From Salinivirgaceae bacterium (lineage in GTDB: Bacteria > Bacteroidota > Bacteroidia > Bacteroidales > SZUA-534): a stretch of 60,744 nt of DNA. The notes under the pieces were generated by a model. The model was not told the DNA's origin and did no database searches. It saw only the letters and a program-made list of their open reading frames with translations. The DNA is taken from NCBI GenBank assembly GCA_016342715.1, contig JAEINW010000004.1, forward strand, positions 1-60,744, in the 5' to 3' direction. Position 1 is the stretch's first letter; each line of letters begins with the position of its first letter. Both the position numbers and the translations under genes were made by a program. Shown one piece after another: positions 10,182 through 20,594 of the stretch.

Positions 10182-11729
10182 ATGATAAAAACTCTCTCAC
10201 TAATATTTTTTTCAATCATAGTATCTATTTCATTTGCTGGTAGTTTGCCTAATGATTCCGTTTTATTCACCAGTACAAAGCAATCAAACATTGATAGCTT
10301 GGTGAATCGTTGGTACAACAAACAAATGTCACCAGGAAATGACACCTCATTTGTTGTTGAGGAATTTTCAGATACTTCTTTTATTCCAGCTTTTTCTGAT
10401 TCTGTTTACAAAGAAAGACTTGCAAATTTACCTTTGGTAATACCCATGTCGTACAATAAAATTGTACGTAACTATATTCACATGTACACTCAAAAACGCC
10501 GCGATTTGGTTGAAAATATGTTGGGATTATCGGAATATTATTTTCCAATTTTTGAGCAAATTCTAGATGCCGAGGGAATGCCCCATGAGTTAAAATATTT
10601 GCCGGTAATTGAATCTGCGCTGAATCCAAATGCTGTTTCACGAGCTGGAGCTACGGGTATGTGGCAATTTATGTACTATACCGGGAAAATGTATAAACTT
10701 GAAATAAATAGTTTTGTTGATGAACGTCGCGATCCTATTAAAGCTTCTTATGCTGCGGTTGAGTTTCTGAAAGATTTATATAATATTTATGATGATTGGA
10801 TTTTAGCAATTGCCGCTTATAATTGTGGACCAGGGAATGTAAACAAAGCTATACGTCGCAGTGGTGGAAAAAGAAACTATTGGGATATATATTATTATTT
10901 ACCACGCGAAACTCGTGGTTATGTTCCAGCTTTCATTGCTGCTACTTATACAATGAATTTTTACAAAGAACATAATTTGTCTGCAAAAAAGGCCGATTTA
11001 CCCATATTATGCGATACAATAAATGTAAAAGACAAAATTCATTTAGAGCAAATTAGTCAGGTTATGGGAATGTCTTTAGCTGAAGTTAGAAGTTTAAATC
11101 CTCAATTTCGTCGCGATATCATACCTGGTAATAATAAAGAATACAGTATTCGTTTGCCCTTTGACAGAACCACCCAATTTATTGATTTAAAAGATTCAAT
11201 TATTCATTATAAAGATTCTATTTATTTCAATCCAGAAGCAATTTCGAATACACCAGAGTACACAACATATACTCCAGGTCCTCCAACAAAAAACCATTCA
11301 AAACTTACTTATCAAGTAAAGTCGGGAGATAACTTAGGCTATATTGCTAGTTGGTATGGTGTTAGAGTTTCTGATGTGCGCCATTGGAATAATGTGAGGC
11401 ATAATATGATTAGAGTTGGGCAAAAATTGCTTATTTATGTTCCCAAGAGCAAGCTTTCAAAATATGATGGAATTAATGCAATGACTTATACACAAAAGCA
11501 AGCTTCTGTTGGGAAAACAGTTTCTAAATCTGAAAATAAAACAGTCGCCGTTGAAAATCTAAAGGAAGGCGATTATGAATTCTATACTGTTCGAAGAGGC
11601 GATACTCTTTGGGATATTGCTAAATTATATAGTGACGTTACCGAAGGCGATATCATGCGTTGGAATGGAATATCAAATGCGAATAAAATAGCTATTGGGC
11701 AGAAACTGAAAATAAAATCAAATTCCTAG
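10182..11729 (+). CDS. mltD: MltD-like lytic transglycosylase with LysM domains
   Basis: IESALNP, GATGMWQFM, AAYNCGPG, ETRGYVP; two LysM repeats (YQVKSGDNL, YTVRRGDTL). Confidence 0.88.
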   Translation: MIKTLSLIFFSIIVSISFAGSLPNDSVLFTSTKQSNIDSLVNRWYNKQMSPGNDTSFVVEEFSDTSFIPAFSDSVYKERLANLPLVIPMSYNKIVRNYIHMYTQKRRDLVENMLGLSEYYFPIFEQILDAEGMPHELKYLPVIESALNPNAVSRAGATGMWQFMYYTGKMYKLEINSFVDERRDPIKASYAAVEFLKDLYNIYDDWILAIAAYNCGPGNVNKAIRRSGGKRNYWDIYYYLPRETRGYVPAFIAATYTMNFYKEHNLSAKKADLPILCDTINVKDKIHLEQISQVMGMSLAEVRSLNPQFRRDIIPGNNKEYSIRLPFDRTTQFIDLKDSIIHYKDSIYFNPEAISNTPEYTTYTPGPPTKNHSKLTYQVKSGDNLGYIASWYGVRVSDVRHWNNVRHNMIRVGQKLLIYVPKSKLSKYDGINAMTYTQKQASVGKTVSKSENKTVAVENLKEGDYEFYTVRRGDTLWDIAKLYSDVTEGDIMRWNGISNANKIAIGQKLKIKSNS

Positions 11730-11789
11730 CATAAATTCTTCATGATTCTTTAATTCGGAAATTCTTTACAAATCATTATCTTGTGGTTT

Positions 11790-13271
11790 ATGAAACCAGT
11801 TAAGATTCTATTATTTTTATTTTCAATTTTATTTTCAGCTCTTTGTATTGCCTATGTCTTTCCAGAGGAAGGAATTGTTATAGGTTCTAATTATACCTTG
11901 AAGTTTCATTGGGATTTTTCGAAAATAAATGCTTCGGAAGTTAGTTATGTTGATATTTCGCAAATTATTAAAAATACCGAATCAACCATTATATTAGACT
12001 CCATAGCCGATGATCAAACGGATATGATTGACACCATACGTGCCGTTGCTACTCAGTTAAATAAAAAAATTCAGAAAATAGAGTTTCCTGCTGGCGATTC
12101 TTCGATATTACAAGCTTTTTTTGTAAAGCTTAACAATAGTAAAAATAAACGGGTAAGAATTTTGCATTTTGGCGATAGTCAAATAGAAGGCGATAGAATT
12201 ACCGGATATATGAGAAATAAATTTCAGCGAAGGTTTGGAGGCAGTGGACCGGGCTTAATGCCTGTAGTTCCCGGTCATGCTGAATCAGCTTCAATTATTC
12301 ATAGTGCTTCAAAAAACTGGATAAAACATGCCGTTTATTTTAAAAGCGATACTATTTTACCCCATCGAAAATTTGGTATTATTGGCAGTTACGCCCGTTT
12401 TACTACTTACCAAAACGATACTTTATGCACTGATACAACCACTTCAAAGGCCTGGATTGAATTCAGTGAATCAGGAATGGCATTTAAATCGGTACTTAAT
12501 TTTACCGAAGTGAATGTTTATTATGGACACAGTAATGAATTATTTACAGCCAAAGGCTACGTAAACGATAGTTTAATTTGGTTTGAAATGCTAGACTCCA
12601 TTCAAAATACGACTTCGTTTAAATGGAATTTAGAGTATGCCCCCTCTACATTTAAAATTGAATTTGAAGGCACTAAAAGCCCCGATGTTTATGGTATTTC
12701 ATTGGATGCACCTACGGGCGTATCTGTTGATAATCTTCCTTTCAGAGGAAGTTCTGGTACAGAGTTTACCAAGATTGATTATACGCAGCTTTGTGAAATG
12801 ACCAAAGACATGAATTCAGGATTAGTTATTATACAATTTGGGGTTAATGTTGTGCCTTATAAAGTTAAAAATTTTGTCTTTTACGAAAGAGCTATGGCTC
12901 GTCAACTTAAATATTTAAAGGCTATTCTAAAAAATACTCCGATTTTAGTTGTTGGAGTTTCTGATATGTCAGAAAAGAAAGGTAATTATTTTGAAAGTTA
13001 TCAAAATGTTGAGGAAATAATACAAGCTCAAAGAAATGCAGCCCTAAGTGCTAATTGTGCTTATTGGGACTTATATACGGCAATGGGGGGTAAAAATTCA
13101 ATGCCTAGTTGGGTTTTTGCCGAACCGCCTTTAGCAAATAAAGATTTTATTCATTTTAACCGAAGGGGTGGACATATTGTTTCTCAAATGATTTATAATG
13201 CCCTAATGAGGGAATACGAAAAATACAATGCTTCTATCGCTAATAAAAAACAAATTAAATTAGCGAGTTAA
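11790..13271 (+). CDS. Membrane-anchored SGNH/GDSL hydrolase-family protein (PatB/AlgJ-like acetyltransferase or esterase)
   Basis: HFGDSQ nucleophile block, FGVN block, DFIH (DxxH) block; N-terminal TM. Confidence 0.7.
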   Translation: MKPVKILLFLFSILFSALCIAYVFPEEGIVIGSNYTLKFHWDFSKINASEVSYVDISQIIKNTESTIILDSIADDQTDMIDTIRAVATQLNKKIQKIEFPAGDSSILQAFFVKLNNSKNKRVRILHFGDSQIEGDRITGYMRNKFQRRFGGSGPGLMPVVPGHAESASIIHSASKNWIKHAVYFKSDTILPHRKFGIIGSYARFTTYQNDTLCTDTTTSKAWIEFSESGMAFKSVLNFTEVNVYYGHSNELFTAKGYVNDSLIWFEMLDSIQNTTSFKWNLEYAPSTFKIEFEGTKSPDVYGISLDAPTGVSVDNLPFRGSSGTEFTKIDYTQLCEMTKDMNSGLVIIQFGVNVVPYKVKNFVFYERAMARQLKYLKAILKNTPILVVGVSDMSEKKGNYFESYQNVEEIIQAQRNAALSANCAYWDLYTAMGGKNSMPSWVFAEPPLANKDFIHFNRRGGHIVSQMIYNALMREYEKYNASIANKKQIKLAS

Positions 13272-13327
13272 TTTGTGAAAGTTGAAATCATCTTTTAAGT
13301 TTGTTTTTACATGTAAATATAAAGGAA

Positions 13328-14698
13328 ATGCATTATCATTTTATAGCCATTGGTGGAAGCGCTATGCATAATTTAGCTATAGCACTGCACAAAAAAGGAG
13401 AAAAAATTACGGGTAGCGACGATGAAATATTTGAGCCATCGCGTTCCCGATTGTTGAAATACGGAATACTTCCAGAGAAGGAGGGGTGGAGCCCTGAAAA
13501 AATTAGTACAGGAATTGATGCAATTGTACTTGGAATGCATGCCAAATCGGATAATCCTGAATTGCTAAAAGCAAAAGAATTAGGTCTTACTATATATTCC
13601 TATCCTGAGTTTTTATACAATCAAACAAAAAATAAAACACGTGTTGTTATTGGTGGAAGTCATGGTAAAACATCAACCACAGCAATGATAATGCATGTTT
13701 TAAATAAGCTGTCAATGGATTTTGATTATATGGTGGGTGCTCAATTAGAGGGTTTCGATACCATGGTAAATTTTTCGGATACTTCAAAAATTGCAGTATT
13801 TGAAGGAGATGAATATTTAACCTCGCCCATCGATCTCAGACCAAAATTTCATCTGTACCAACCTCATATTGCCTTAATTACTGGCATTGCATGGGATCAT
13901 ATAAATGTTTTTCCAACTTTTGAAAACTATGTTTCTCAGTTTGCTCAATTTGTTGAATTAATCGAAGATGGAGGAAGCTTAGTTTATTTTGAGGGAGACG
14001 AAATTCTTAGAAAAATTGTATCGGAAAGTAAGCGCAAAATTAAATTTATCCCCTACAATACCCATTCAAATAAAGTTGAGAAGGGAATCACTACTTTGAT
14101 TCATGGCAATGAAGAAATTCCTTTAAAGATTTTTGGTAATCACAATCTACAAAATTTATCGGGAGCCTTATTTGTTTGCAAGGAACTTGGGATTACTGAA
14201 AATGAATTTTATAATGCAATTTCAAGTTTTGAAGGAGCTTCGAAAAGATTACAATTACTTGGTGAAAATTCGGAGCTTGCAATTTACCAAGACTTTGCGC
14301 ATTCGCCATCAAAATTAACAGCAACCATTAATTCAGTTAAAGAGCAATTTCCTGAAAAGCAAATTATAGCTTGTATGGAGTTACACACCTATAGCAGCTT
14401 AAGTAAATCTTTTTTAAAAGAGTATAAAGGGAGTATGCAAATGGCCGATAAAGCCATTGTTTTTTTTAGTAATCATGCCTTGGAGTTAAAAAGATTACAA
14501 AAGATAGAAAAAAGTGAAATTTTTATTTCTTTTGATAAACAAGGACTTAAGGTAATAAATGATACTGAAGAATTAAAAAAGGAATTAAATTTTATGGAAT
14601 TTAATAATTCGATACTCTTATTCCTGAGTTCTGGTAATTTTGGAGGGGTAGATATTAAACAATTTGCTTGCGAATTGATGAAAAAAACAGGCAATTAA
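13328..14698 (+). CDS. mpl: Murein tripeptide ligase Mpl (MurC-like)
   Basis: HFIAIGGSAMH, GSHGKTSTT, FEGDEY, DFAHSP. Confidence 0.8.
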   Translation: MHYHFIAIGGSAMHNLAIALHKKGEKITGSDDEIFEPSRSRLLKYGILPEKEGWSPEKISTGIDAIVLGMHAKSDNPELLKAKELGLTIYSYPEFLYNQTKNKTRVVIGGSHGKTSTTAMIMHVLNKLSMDFDYMVGAQLEGFDTMVNFSDTSKIAVFEGDEYLTSPIDLRPKFHLYQPHIALITGIAWDHINVFPTFENYVSQFAQFVELIEDGGSLVYFEGDEILRKIVSESKRKIKFIPYNTHSNKVEKGITTLIHGNEEIPLKIFGNHNLQNLSGALFVCKELGITENEFYNAISSFEGASKRLQLLGENSELAIYQDFAHSPSKLTATINSVKEQFPEKQIIACMELHTYSSLSKSFLKEYKGSMQMADKAIVFFSNHALELKRLQKIEKSEIFISFDKQGLKVINDTEELKKELNFMEFNNSILLFLSSGNFGGVDIKQFACELMKKTGN

Positions 14699-14890
14699 AA
14701 CCTGTATTTTGTCATGTTTGAAAGTAAAATAGTTGAATTAAACCATTGAATATTAGAGAGTAATAGTAATGTTAGTATTAATTTGATCGTTAGCAAAAGT
14801 TATTTTTTATCGAAATAGCACTTTTTATTTTGAAAATATATCCAATTATCAGTACTTTTAGCGATCGAAAAAACGTAATAAATAGATATT

Positions 14891-15571
14891 ATGGAACTGA
14901 AAAAGAATCCTAAAGTAGATTTAAGAGAATACAGTGGAATCTTCATGCAAGTGGGTTTCGTGTTATCTCTTGGAATAATGTTATTAGCTTTTAACATTAC
15001 TCAACATGAGAAATCAGTAAACCCCCTTGGAGAACTTGACAATGTAGTTGTTGAAGAAGAAATTGTTCCAATTACTCGTCAGCAAGAAATTAAGCCACCG
15101 CCACCGCCAGAACCACCAAAAGTAACCGATGTTATAAACATTGTGGAAGATGATGTGGAAATTGAAGACGAACTTGAGATTCAAGATACTGAAGCAGATC
15201 AAGACACAGAGGTTGAGGTTGTTGAGATGGTAGAAGAAGAAGAAGAAGAAGAAGCACAAGTTTTCTTTATTGTTGAAAACATGCCAGAATTCCCTGGGGG
15301 CGATGTGGAATTAAGAAATTACATAAATAAAAATGTCGTTTATCCTGAAATTGCAAAAGAAAACGGTATTCAAGGTAGAGTATTTATTCAATTTGTGGTA
15401 AATAGAAATGGAGAAGTTGAAGGAGTGAAAGTGGTTCGTGGGGTTGACCCTTCATTAGATAAAGAGGCTGTACGTGTTATAAAAACTCTTCCCAAATGGG
15501 CACCAGGTTCACAAAGAGGAAAGCCAGTAAAAGTATCATTTACTGTTCCCATAAATTTCCAATTGAATTAG
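14891..15571 (+). CDS. tonB: TonB energy transducer
   Basis: N-terminal TM, Pro-rich and acidic linker, TonB-C domain MPEFPGG...YPEIAKENGIQGRV. Confidence 0.9.
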   Translation: MELKKNPKVDLREYSGIFMQVGFVLSLGIMLLAFNITQHEKSVNPLGELDNVVVEEEIVPITRQQEIKPPPPPEPPKVTDVINIVEDDVEIEDELEIQDTEADQDTEVEVVEMVEEEEEEEAQVFFIVENMPEFPGGDVELRNYINKNVVYPEIAKENGIQGRVFIQFVVNRNGEVEGVKVVRGVDPSLDKEAVRVIKTLPKWAPGSQRGKPVKVSFTVPINFQLN

Positions 15572-15585
15572 AAGGAATTATATAT

Positions 15586-15622
15586 AAAAAAAACCGCTTC
15601 AGTTAATGAGGCGGTTTTTTTT
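15586..15622 (+). terminator. Intrinsic terminator after tonB
   Basis: AAAAAAAACCGCTTC...GAGGCGGTTTTTTTT. Confidence 0.85.
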
Positions 15623-15776
15623 ATGCCATTATATTAAAATGCTATTATTTTTTTGAATATTTGCATTCCTGAATAGGATATGATAAAACTTTCGTAATCA
15701 TTTAATTGTCTAATTAAGGATTGCATGCATAGCGTTTATAAATAAAGACTAAAACAATAAGAAATAAAGCAACTTA

Positions 15777-17003
15777 ATGGGACAAGCATATTACGATTTA
15801 GAAAAGCAAATTGAGGAAGCTGTTTTGATAGGAGTTATTAATCAAAATCAGGATGAAAGTCAGGTAGAGGAGTATTTGGATGAATTGGCTTTTTTAACTG
15901 AAACAGCAGGTGCCAGACCTATAAAAAGATTTGTTCAGAAATTGGACAAACCAAATCCAAAAACCTTTATTGGCTCTGGGAAAATTCAGGAGGTGGCTGC
16001 TTATGTTGAGGAACGAGAAGTGGCCTTGGTTATATTCGATGATGAATTATCTCCTTCTCAACTTCGAAATATTGAAAAGATATTTAAGGCACGGGTTCTT
16101 GACCGAACAAATCTGATATTAGATATTTTTGCTCAACGAGCTCAAACAGCACATGCTAAAGTTCAGGTTGAATTGGCTCAGTATCAGTATTTACTTCCAC
16201 GCTTAACTCGCATGTGGACGCATTTGGAACGGCAGCAAGGTGGAATTGGTATGAGAGGTCCAGGTGAAACTGAAATTGAAACTGACCGTAGAATAATCCG
16301 TGATAAAATTACTCGCTTAAAGGAACAGTTGAAAACCATCGATAAGCAGATGGCTACTCAGCGAAAGAATCGTGGACAAATGATTCGGGTGGCTTTGGTG
16401 GGCTATACGAATGTTGGTAAGTCGACCATTATGAATATGCTTAGCAAATCGGAAGTGTTTGCTGAGAACAAGCTTTTTGCAACAGTGGATACTACGGTTC
16501 GAAAAGTAGTGGTTGAGAATCTTCCGTTTTTATTATCAGATACTGTTGGATTCATTCGAAAACTACCCCATGATTTAATTGAATCATTTAAATCAACACT
16601 AGATGAAGTTCGCGAGGCCGATGTGTTATTACATGTGGTAGATATTTCGCATGCAAATTTTGAGGAGCAAATAAATATTGTGAAGCAAACATTGCATGAA
16701 ATCGATCCCAATGAAAAGCCGACATTTATTATTTTCAATAAAATTGATGCCTATTCGTATATAAAAAAGGATGAGGATGATTTAACGACAAAAACAAAGG
16801 TGAACTATTCCTTAGAGGAGTTGAAAAATTCATGGATGTCAAAAAACAATTTACCTTGTATATTTATTTCAGCAAAGCATAAAGAAAATATTGAAGAATT
16901 TAAAAAATTAATTTATGATAAAGTACGAGAGATTCATGCAGTACGATATCCTTACAATAATTTTTTATATGACGATTCATGGAAAAACGAACCTGAGGCA
17001 TAG
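15777..17003 (+). CDS. hflX: Ribosome-splitting GTPase HflX
   Basis: GPGETEIETDRR, GYTNVGKS, LFATVD, DTVGFI, NKID. Confidence 0.95.
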   Translation: MGQAYYDLEKQIEEAVLIGVINQNQDESQVEEYLDELAFLTETAGARPIKRFVQKLDKPNPKTFIGSGKIQEVAAYVEEREVALVIFDDELSPSQLRNIEKIFKARVLDRTNLILDIFAQRAQTAHAKVQVELAQYQYLLPRLTRMWTHLERQQGGIGMRGPGETEIETDRRIIRDKITRLKEQLKTIDKQMATQRKNRGQMIRVALVGYTNVGKSTIMNMLSKSEVFAENKLFATVDTTVRKVVVENLPFLLSDTVGFIRKLPHDLIESFKSTLDEVREADVLLHVVDISHANFEEQINIVKQTLHEIDPNEKPTFIIFNKIDAYSYIKKDEDDLTTKTKVNYSLEELKNSWMSKNNLPCIFISAKHKENIEEFKKLIYDKVREIHAVRYPYNNFLYDDSWKNEPEA

Positions 17004-17011
17004 ACTTGTAA

Positions 17012-18130
17012 ATGCAATACTTAACTAACATAGTAGTCATTTTATTTGCTTTAGTATTCGGTAAATTAACTATGGGACAGAATCTTATTCCGAATAATAG
17101 TTTTGAGGAATACCACACTTGTCCTGAGGCATATTCTGCAAATTCATATAAATCGAATGTAGAGTTCTGGGATTCTCCTAATATTGGAACTCCCGATTAT
17201 TTTAATGTTTGTTCAAAAGTTTCAGGAGTTCCAAGAAATTGGATGGGTTATGCTGATGCTTTTACTGGCAGTGCCTACATGGGTATTATTGCATGCATGG
17301 AACAGTTGGATGCGAGACAAATTCCGTATAGAGAATATATTCGTATAGAAGTAGAAGATTCCTTGCAAAAAGGGGTGAAGTATTTGGCATCTATGCAAGT
17401 GCAATTAGGTTTGAGTGCAATAGCTGCTTGTAATGGATTGGGAATGTATTTCTCAAATTCACCAAGTACATCAAAGGAATCTTTTAATTACCCGGTAAAA
17501 CCTCAAGTTTTTTATGAGGATGCAATTGTTAACAAGCAAGATTGGACTAACATATGTGGAGTTTTTGTTGCAAAAGGAGATGAGAAGTATGTGATTATAG
17601 GTAATTTTTTATCGAACCAGGAGATGAAATATACAGCCTTTGATGAAAATTTGCTTCAGACTCAATATACAAGCCCAATGGCATATTATTACATTGATGA
17701 TGTGCAATTGGTAGTATTTGATTCATTACTTCATGCTGATTGTGATCTTATTCCAGAAAAACCCATAGTTTACAATGGTGTTTTGCAGCTTGATAAAAAA
17801 ATGATACTAAATAATTTGTATTTTGAACACGATAAAGCGGTTATTTTAGAAGAATCGTATCATGAATTGGATCAATTGGCCTACCAGCTAAGCATAAATC
17901 AAAAACTTTCGATTTCGATTTATGGCCATACCGATAATAGTGGAACTGACACTTACAACAAACAACTATCGGACGAAAGAGCTAATGCAGTTAAACATTA
18001 TCTTTTGCGAAAAGGCGTTTCAAAATTTAGAATGATTAGCAAGGGCTTTGGAAGTTCTCAGCCCATTGGTGATAACACTACGGAACAGGGACAACAGCTT
18101 AATAGGCGTGTTGAAATTGAAGTAAAGTAG
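17012..18130 (+). CDS. OmpA-family protein (secreted N-terminal domain + OmpA C-terminal peptidoglycan-binding domain)
   Basis: Signal peptide then QNLIPNNSFE; GHTDNSG...LSDERA...NRRVE. Confidence 0.85.
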   Translation: MQYLTNIVVILFALVFGKLTMGQNLIPNNSFEEYHTCPEAYSANSYKSNVEFWDSPNIGTPDYFNVCSKVSGVPRNWMGYADAFTGSAYMGIIACMEQLDARQIPYREYIRIEVEDSLQKGVKYLASMQVQLGLSAIAACNGLGMYFSNSPSTSKESFNYPVKPQVFYEDAIVNKQDWTNICGVFVAKGDEKYVIIGNFLSNQEMKYTAFDENLLQTQYTSPMAYYYIDDVQLVVFDSLLHADCDLIPEKPIVYNGVLQLDKKMILNNLYFEHDKAVILEESYHELDQLAYQLSINQKLSISIYGHTDNSGTDTYNKQLSDERANAVKHYLLRKGVSKFRMISKGFGSSQPIGDNTTEQGQQLNRRVEIEVK

Positions 18131-18133
18131 CCA

Positions 18134-18847
18134 TTAGAATTTTAGATAAAAATCTTTGGTCAGTGCTTTGTATTCTTCAGAATAAATATGTCTGCCTCCG
18201 CTTTCAACAATCAATTCTTTTTCAATTAATTTGCAATTATTTTTTGAAAATTCGGCAATTACTCTTTTTGGTGCTTTTTCTGGTGTAGGTTTAACCCATA
18301 AAATATTATTGCAAAAGAAATCAAAAAGGGAAGCCTCATTTTTGTATTCTTCAAAACTTAAAGTGGGTATAATTATCCAAAAACTTCCATTTTCAGATAG
18401 CAATTTTTTTACTCCTTTAAAAAGATCGTTTGCTGTTAATGAATCATTATGTCGGGCTAGAGTTCTTGATTCTTTGGGCGTATTAAGCGAATTTGAGAAA
18501 AATGGAGGATTGGAAATAATCAAATCGTATCTGGGCTTAGTTTTTTTTGCAAATTCTTGAAACGATGAATGATGAATTGAGATTCGATCGGTCCATTTAC
18601 AATTAGAAACATTTAACAGCGCTTCGGTATAAGCTTCGGTATCAATTTCAATGGCGTCAATGTTGGCATTGCAACGTTGGGCAAGCATTATGGCAATTAA
18701 GCCAGTTCCGGTTCCAATATCTAAAATATTAAAAGTTTTTGTGCAATTAACTGCAGCTCCAAGTAAAACTCCATCGGTACCTACTTTCATAGCTGAATTT
18801 TCTTGTGTTATGCTAAACTGTTTAAATTTAAAATAGGAATTTGCCAT
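18134..18847 (-). CDS. tRNA1(Val) A37 N6-methyltransferase (YfiC/TrmN6-like)
   Basis: FKFKQF, MKVGTDGVLLG, LDIGTGTG, SNPPFF. Confidence 0.88.
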   Translation of the reverse strand: MANSYFKFKQFSITQENSAMKVGTDGVLLGAAVNCTKTFNILDIGTGTGLIAIMLAQRCNANIDAIEIDTEAYTEALLNVSNCKWTDRISIHHSSFQEFAKKTKPRYDLIISNPPFFSNSLNTPKESRTLARHNDSLTANDLFKGVKKLLSENGSFWIIIPTLSFEEYKNEASLFDFFCNNILWVKPTPEKAPKRVIAEFSKNNCKLIEKELIVESGGRHIYSEEYKALTKDFYLKF

Positions 18848-18848
18848 T

Positions 18849-19610
18849 TTAATAATCTTTGTTTACACCTACTCCGAATAGCGCAAAATCATATTTTATA
18901 GGGTCATGGGCATCAAACTCTTTTAACACATTAGTTAATTCTTCCACAGCTTTCCAATCGTTTTGTTTTCTGTTTAAAAGTCCCAGATTTCTAGCTATTG
19001 TTCCTGAATGTACATCTAAAGGAATCATTAACTTATTGCTTGGTATATTTTTCCATAGCCCAAAATCAACACCATTTTTATCGTCACGAACCATCCACCG
19101 TAGAAACATATTTATTCGCTTAGCGGCTGAACCAATGTTTGGATTAGATAGATGTTTTGTTGTTCTTTCAGGATGATTTATTGAGAAGAATATATTTTTC
19201 GCACTTACAATTGTATTTTTAATGGTTTGCGATTTTTTAAAACCATTGGTAAAAACGGTTTCTAATCCATCGTGAGTTTTATAAATATTTTGTAGCGATT
19301 TAATAAAAAATTTGCAATCTGTGCCATTAAAGGTTCGGTATTTAAATTCGTTTAAATGTTCAAGTTCCTTATCAATTGAGTTTATTACAAAATCGTAGGG
19401 AGCGTTATCCATAAAAATCATTAATTGATTTAGCGATTTTAAAATGGATTTTCTGTTCCCCCAAGCTAGTGTTGCTGCAAGAAAGCCCGCAATTTCAATA
19501 TCTTCTTTTCGTGAAAATTTATGAGGTATCGAAATAGGATCTAACTCAATAAAATCGGGTTGATTATACTTGTTTGCTTTATTATCGAGAAAATCTTTTA
19601 GGTACTGCAT
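18849..19610 (-). CDS. TIGR02757/DUF2400-family protein
   Basis: DPISIPH, SAAKRINMFLRWMVR, PLDVH, DPIKYDFALFG. Confidence 0.85.
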   Translation of the reverse strand: MQYLKDFLDNKANKYNQPDFIELDPISIPHKFSRKEDIEIAGFLAATLAWGNRKSILKSLNQLMIFMDNAPYDFVINSIDKELEHLNEFKYRTFNGTDCKFFIKSLQNIYKTHDGLETVFTNGFKKSQTIKNTIVSAKNIFFSINHPERTTKHLSNPNIGSAAKRINMFLRWMVRDDKNGVDFGLWKNIPSNKLMIPLDVHSGTIARNLGLLNRKQNDWKAVEELTNVLKEFDAHDPIKYDFALFGVGVNKDY

Positions 19611-19646
19611 GTAAAAATAATGTTAACAAATAAAAAAAATAACAGG

Positions 19647-19704
19647 CAAATATATAATACTTTTGATTGGGAGGCTTTGAATTAACTAAAAATTTATACT
19701 TTTG
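19647..19704. promoter_or_regulatory. Divergent Bacteroidota sigmaA -7 boxes
   Basis: TATATTTG on minus (19647-19654); TACTTTTG on plus (19658-19665 and 19697-19704). Confidence 0.5.
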
Positions 19705-19739
19705 AGCAAGTAAATAAAAATGTTATTTCGCAACTTGAA

Positions 19740-20378
19740 ATGTATAGTTTAGAGTTTTTCCTTAAAGGTTTGTTAATAGGGCTTATTGTTTCGGCACCCA
19801 TGGGACCCATTGGAGTTTTATGTGTGCAAAAAACTGTAAATAAAGGACATGCTATAGGTTTTTTGTCTGGTTTAGGCGCTGCTACAGCTGATGCCTTATA
19901 TGCTTTTTTAGCTGCGTTTGGAGTAACTTTTATTACAAATTTCTTATCGAAAAACCAAACGGCATTTCAAATATTTGGTATTGCTGTGTTGTTGTTTTTA
20001 GGATTTAAAATGATTTTTAATAATCCGATTAAGCAATACCGGTATCATAGAACCAGCAGTAAAAAGAAAAGTGCTTTAACAGATTATATTTCTGTATTCT
20101 TTTTGACTATTTCAAATCCATTAACCATTATATTTTTTGGTGCAGCCTTTACTATGCTGGGCTTATTAACTCATGTTGAAGGTGATAATAATAAATATCT
20201 GTTGATAGCTGGGGTTTTTTCGGGAGCTTCTTTTTGGTGGTTTATTCTAACCTATTTTGTAAATATTTTTCGAAAAAAATTCAGATTGCGCAGTATTTTT
20301 TTGTTAAATAGGGTAAGTGGAGTAATAATTATTATTCTTTCCATTGCTGCGATTATAAAATTCTTTGTTCTCTCTTAA
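19740..20378 (+). CDS. LysE-family translocator
   Basis: APMGPIGVLC, GLGAATAD, TISNPLTI; about six TM segments. Confidence 0.88.
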   Translation: MYSLEFFLKGLLIGLIVSAPMGPIGVLCVQKTVNKGHAIGFLSGLGAATADALYAFLAAFGVTFITNFLSKNQTAFQIFGIAVLLFLGFKMIFNNPIKQYRYHRTSSKKKSALTDYISVFFLTISNPLTIIFFGAAFTMLGLLTHVEGDNNKYLLIAGVFSGASFWWFILTYFVNIFRKKFRLRSIFLLNRVSGVIIIILSIAAIIKFFVLS

Positions 20379-20594
20379 TTAAGTCTCGAATTCGTGATTA
20401 CTTAATAATTCACTATTCTTTCTAACATAATATTGAACCATCTTCATACTTTCTTGTTAATACTTATTGGCATTATATAAGCTAAGTTATTATTTGCAAA
20501 ATTTATAGAGTAATAAAAAAATCTATTAATAATGTAATAATATTAGGTTTACTATTGTAAACGTCATATGCCATTAAATTTAAATAATTTTACA

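Noticed and set aside
15232..15253. GAA trinucleotide run
   Set aside because: It encodes the ordinary acidic linker of TonB.
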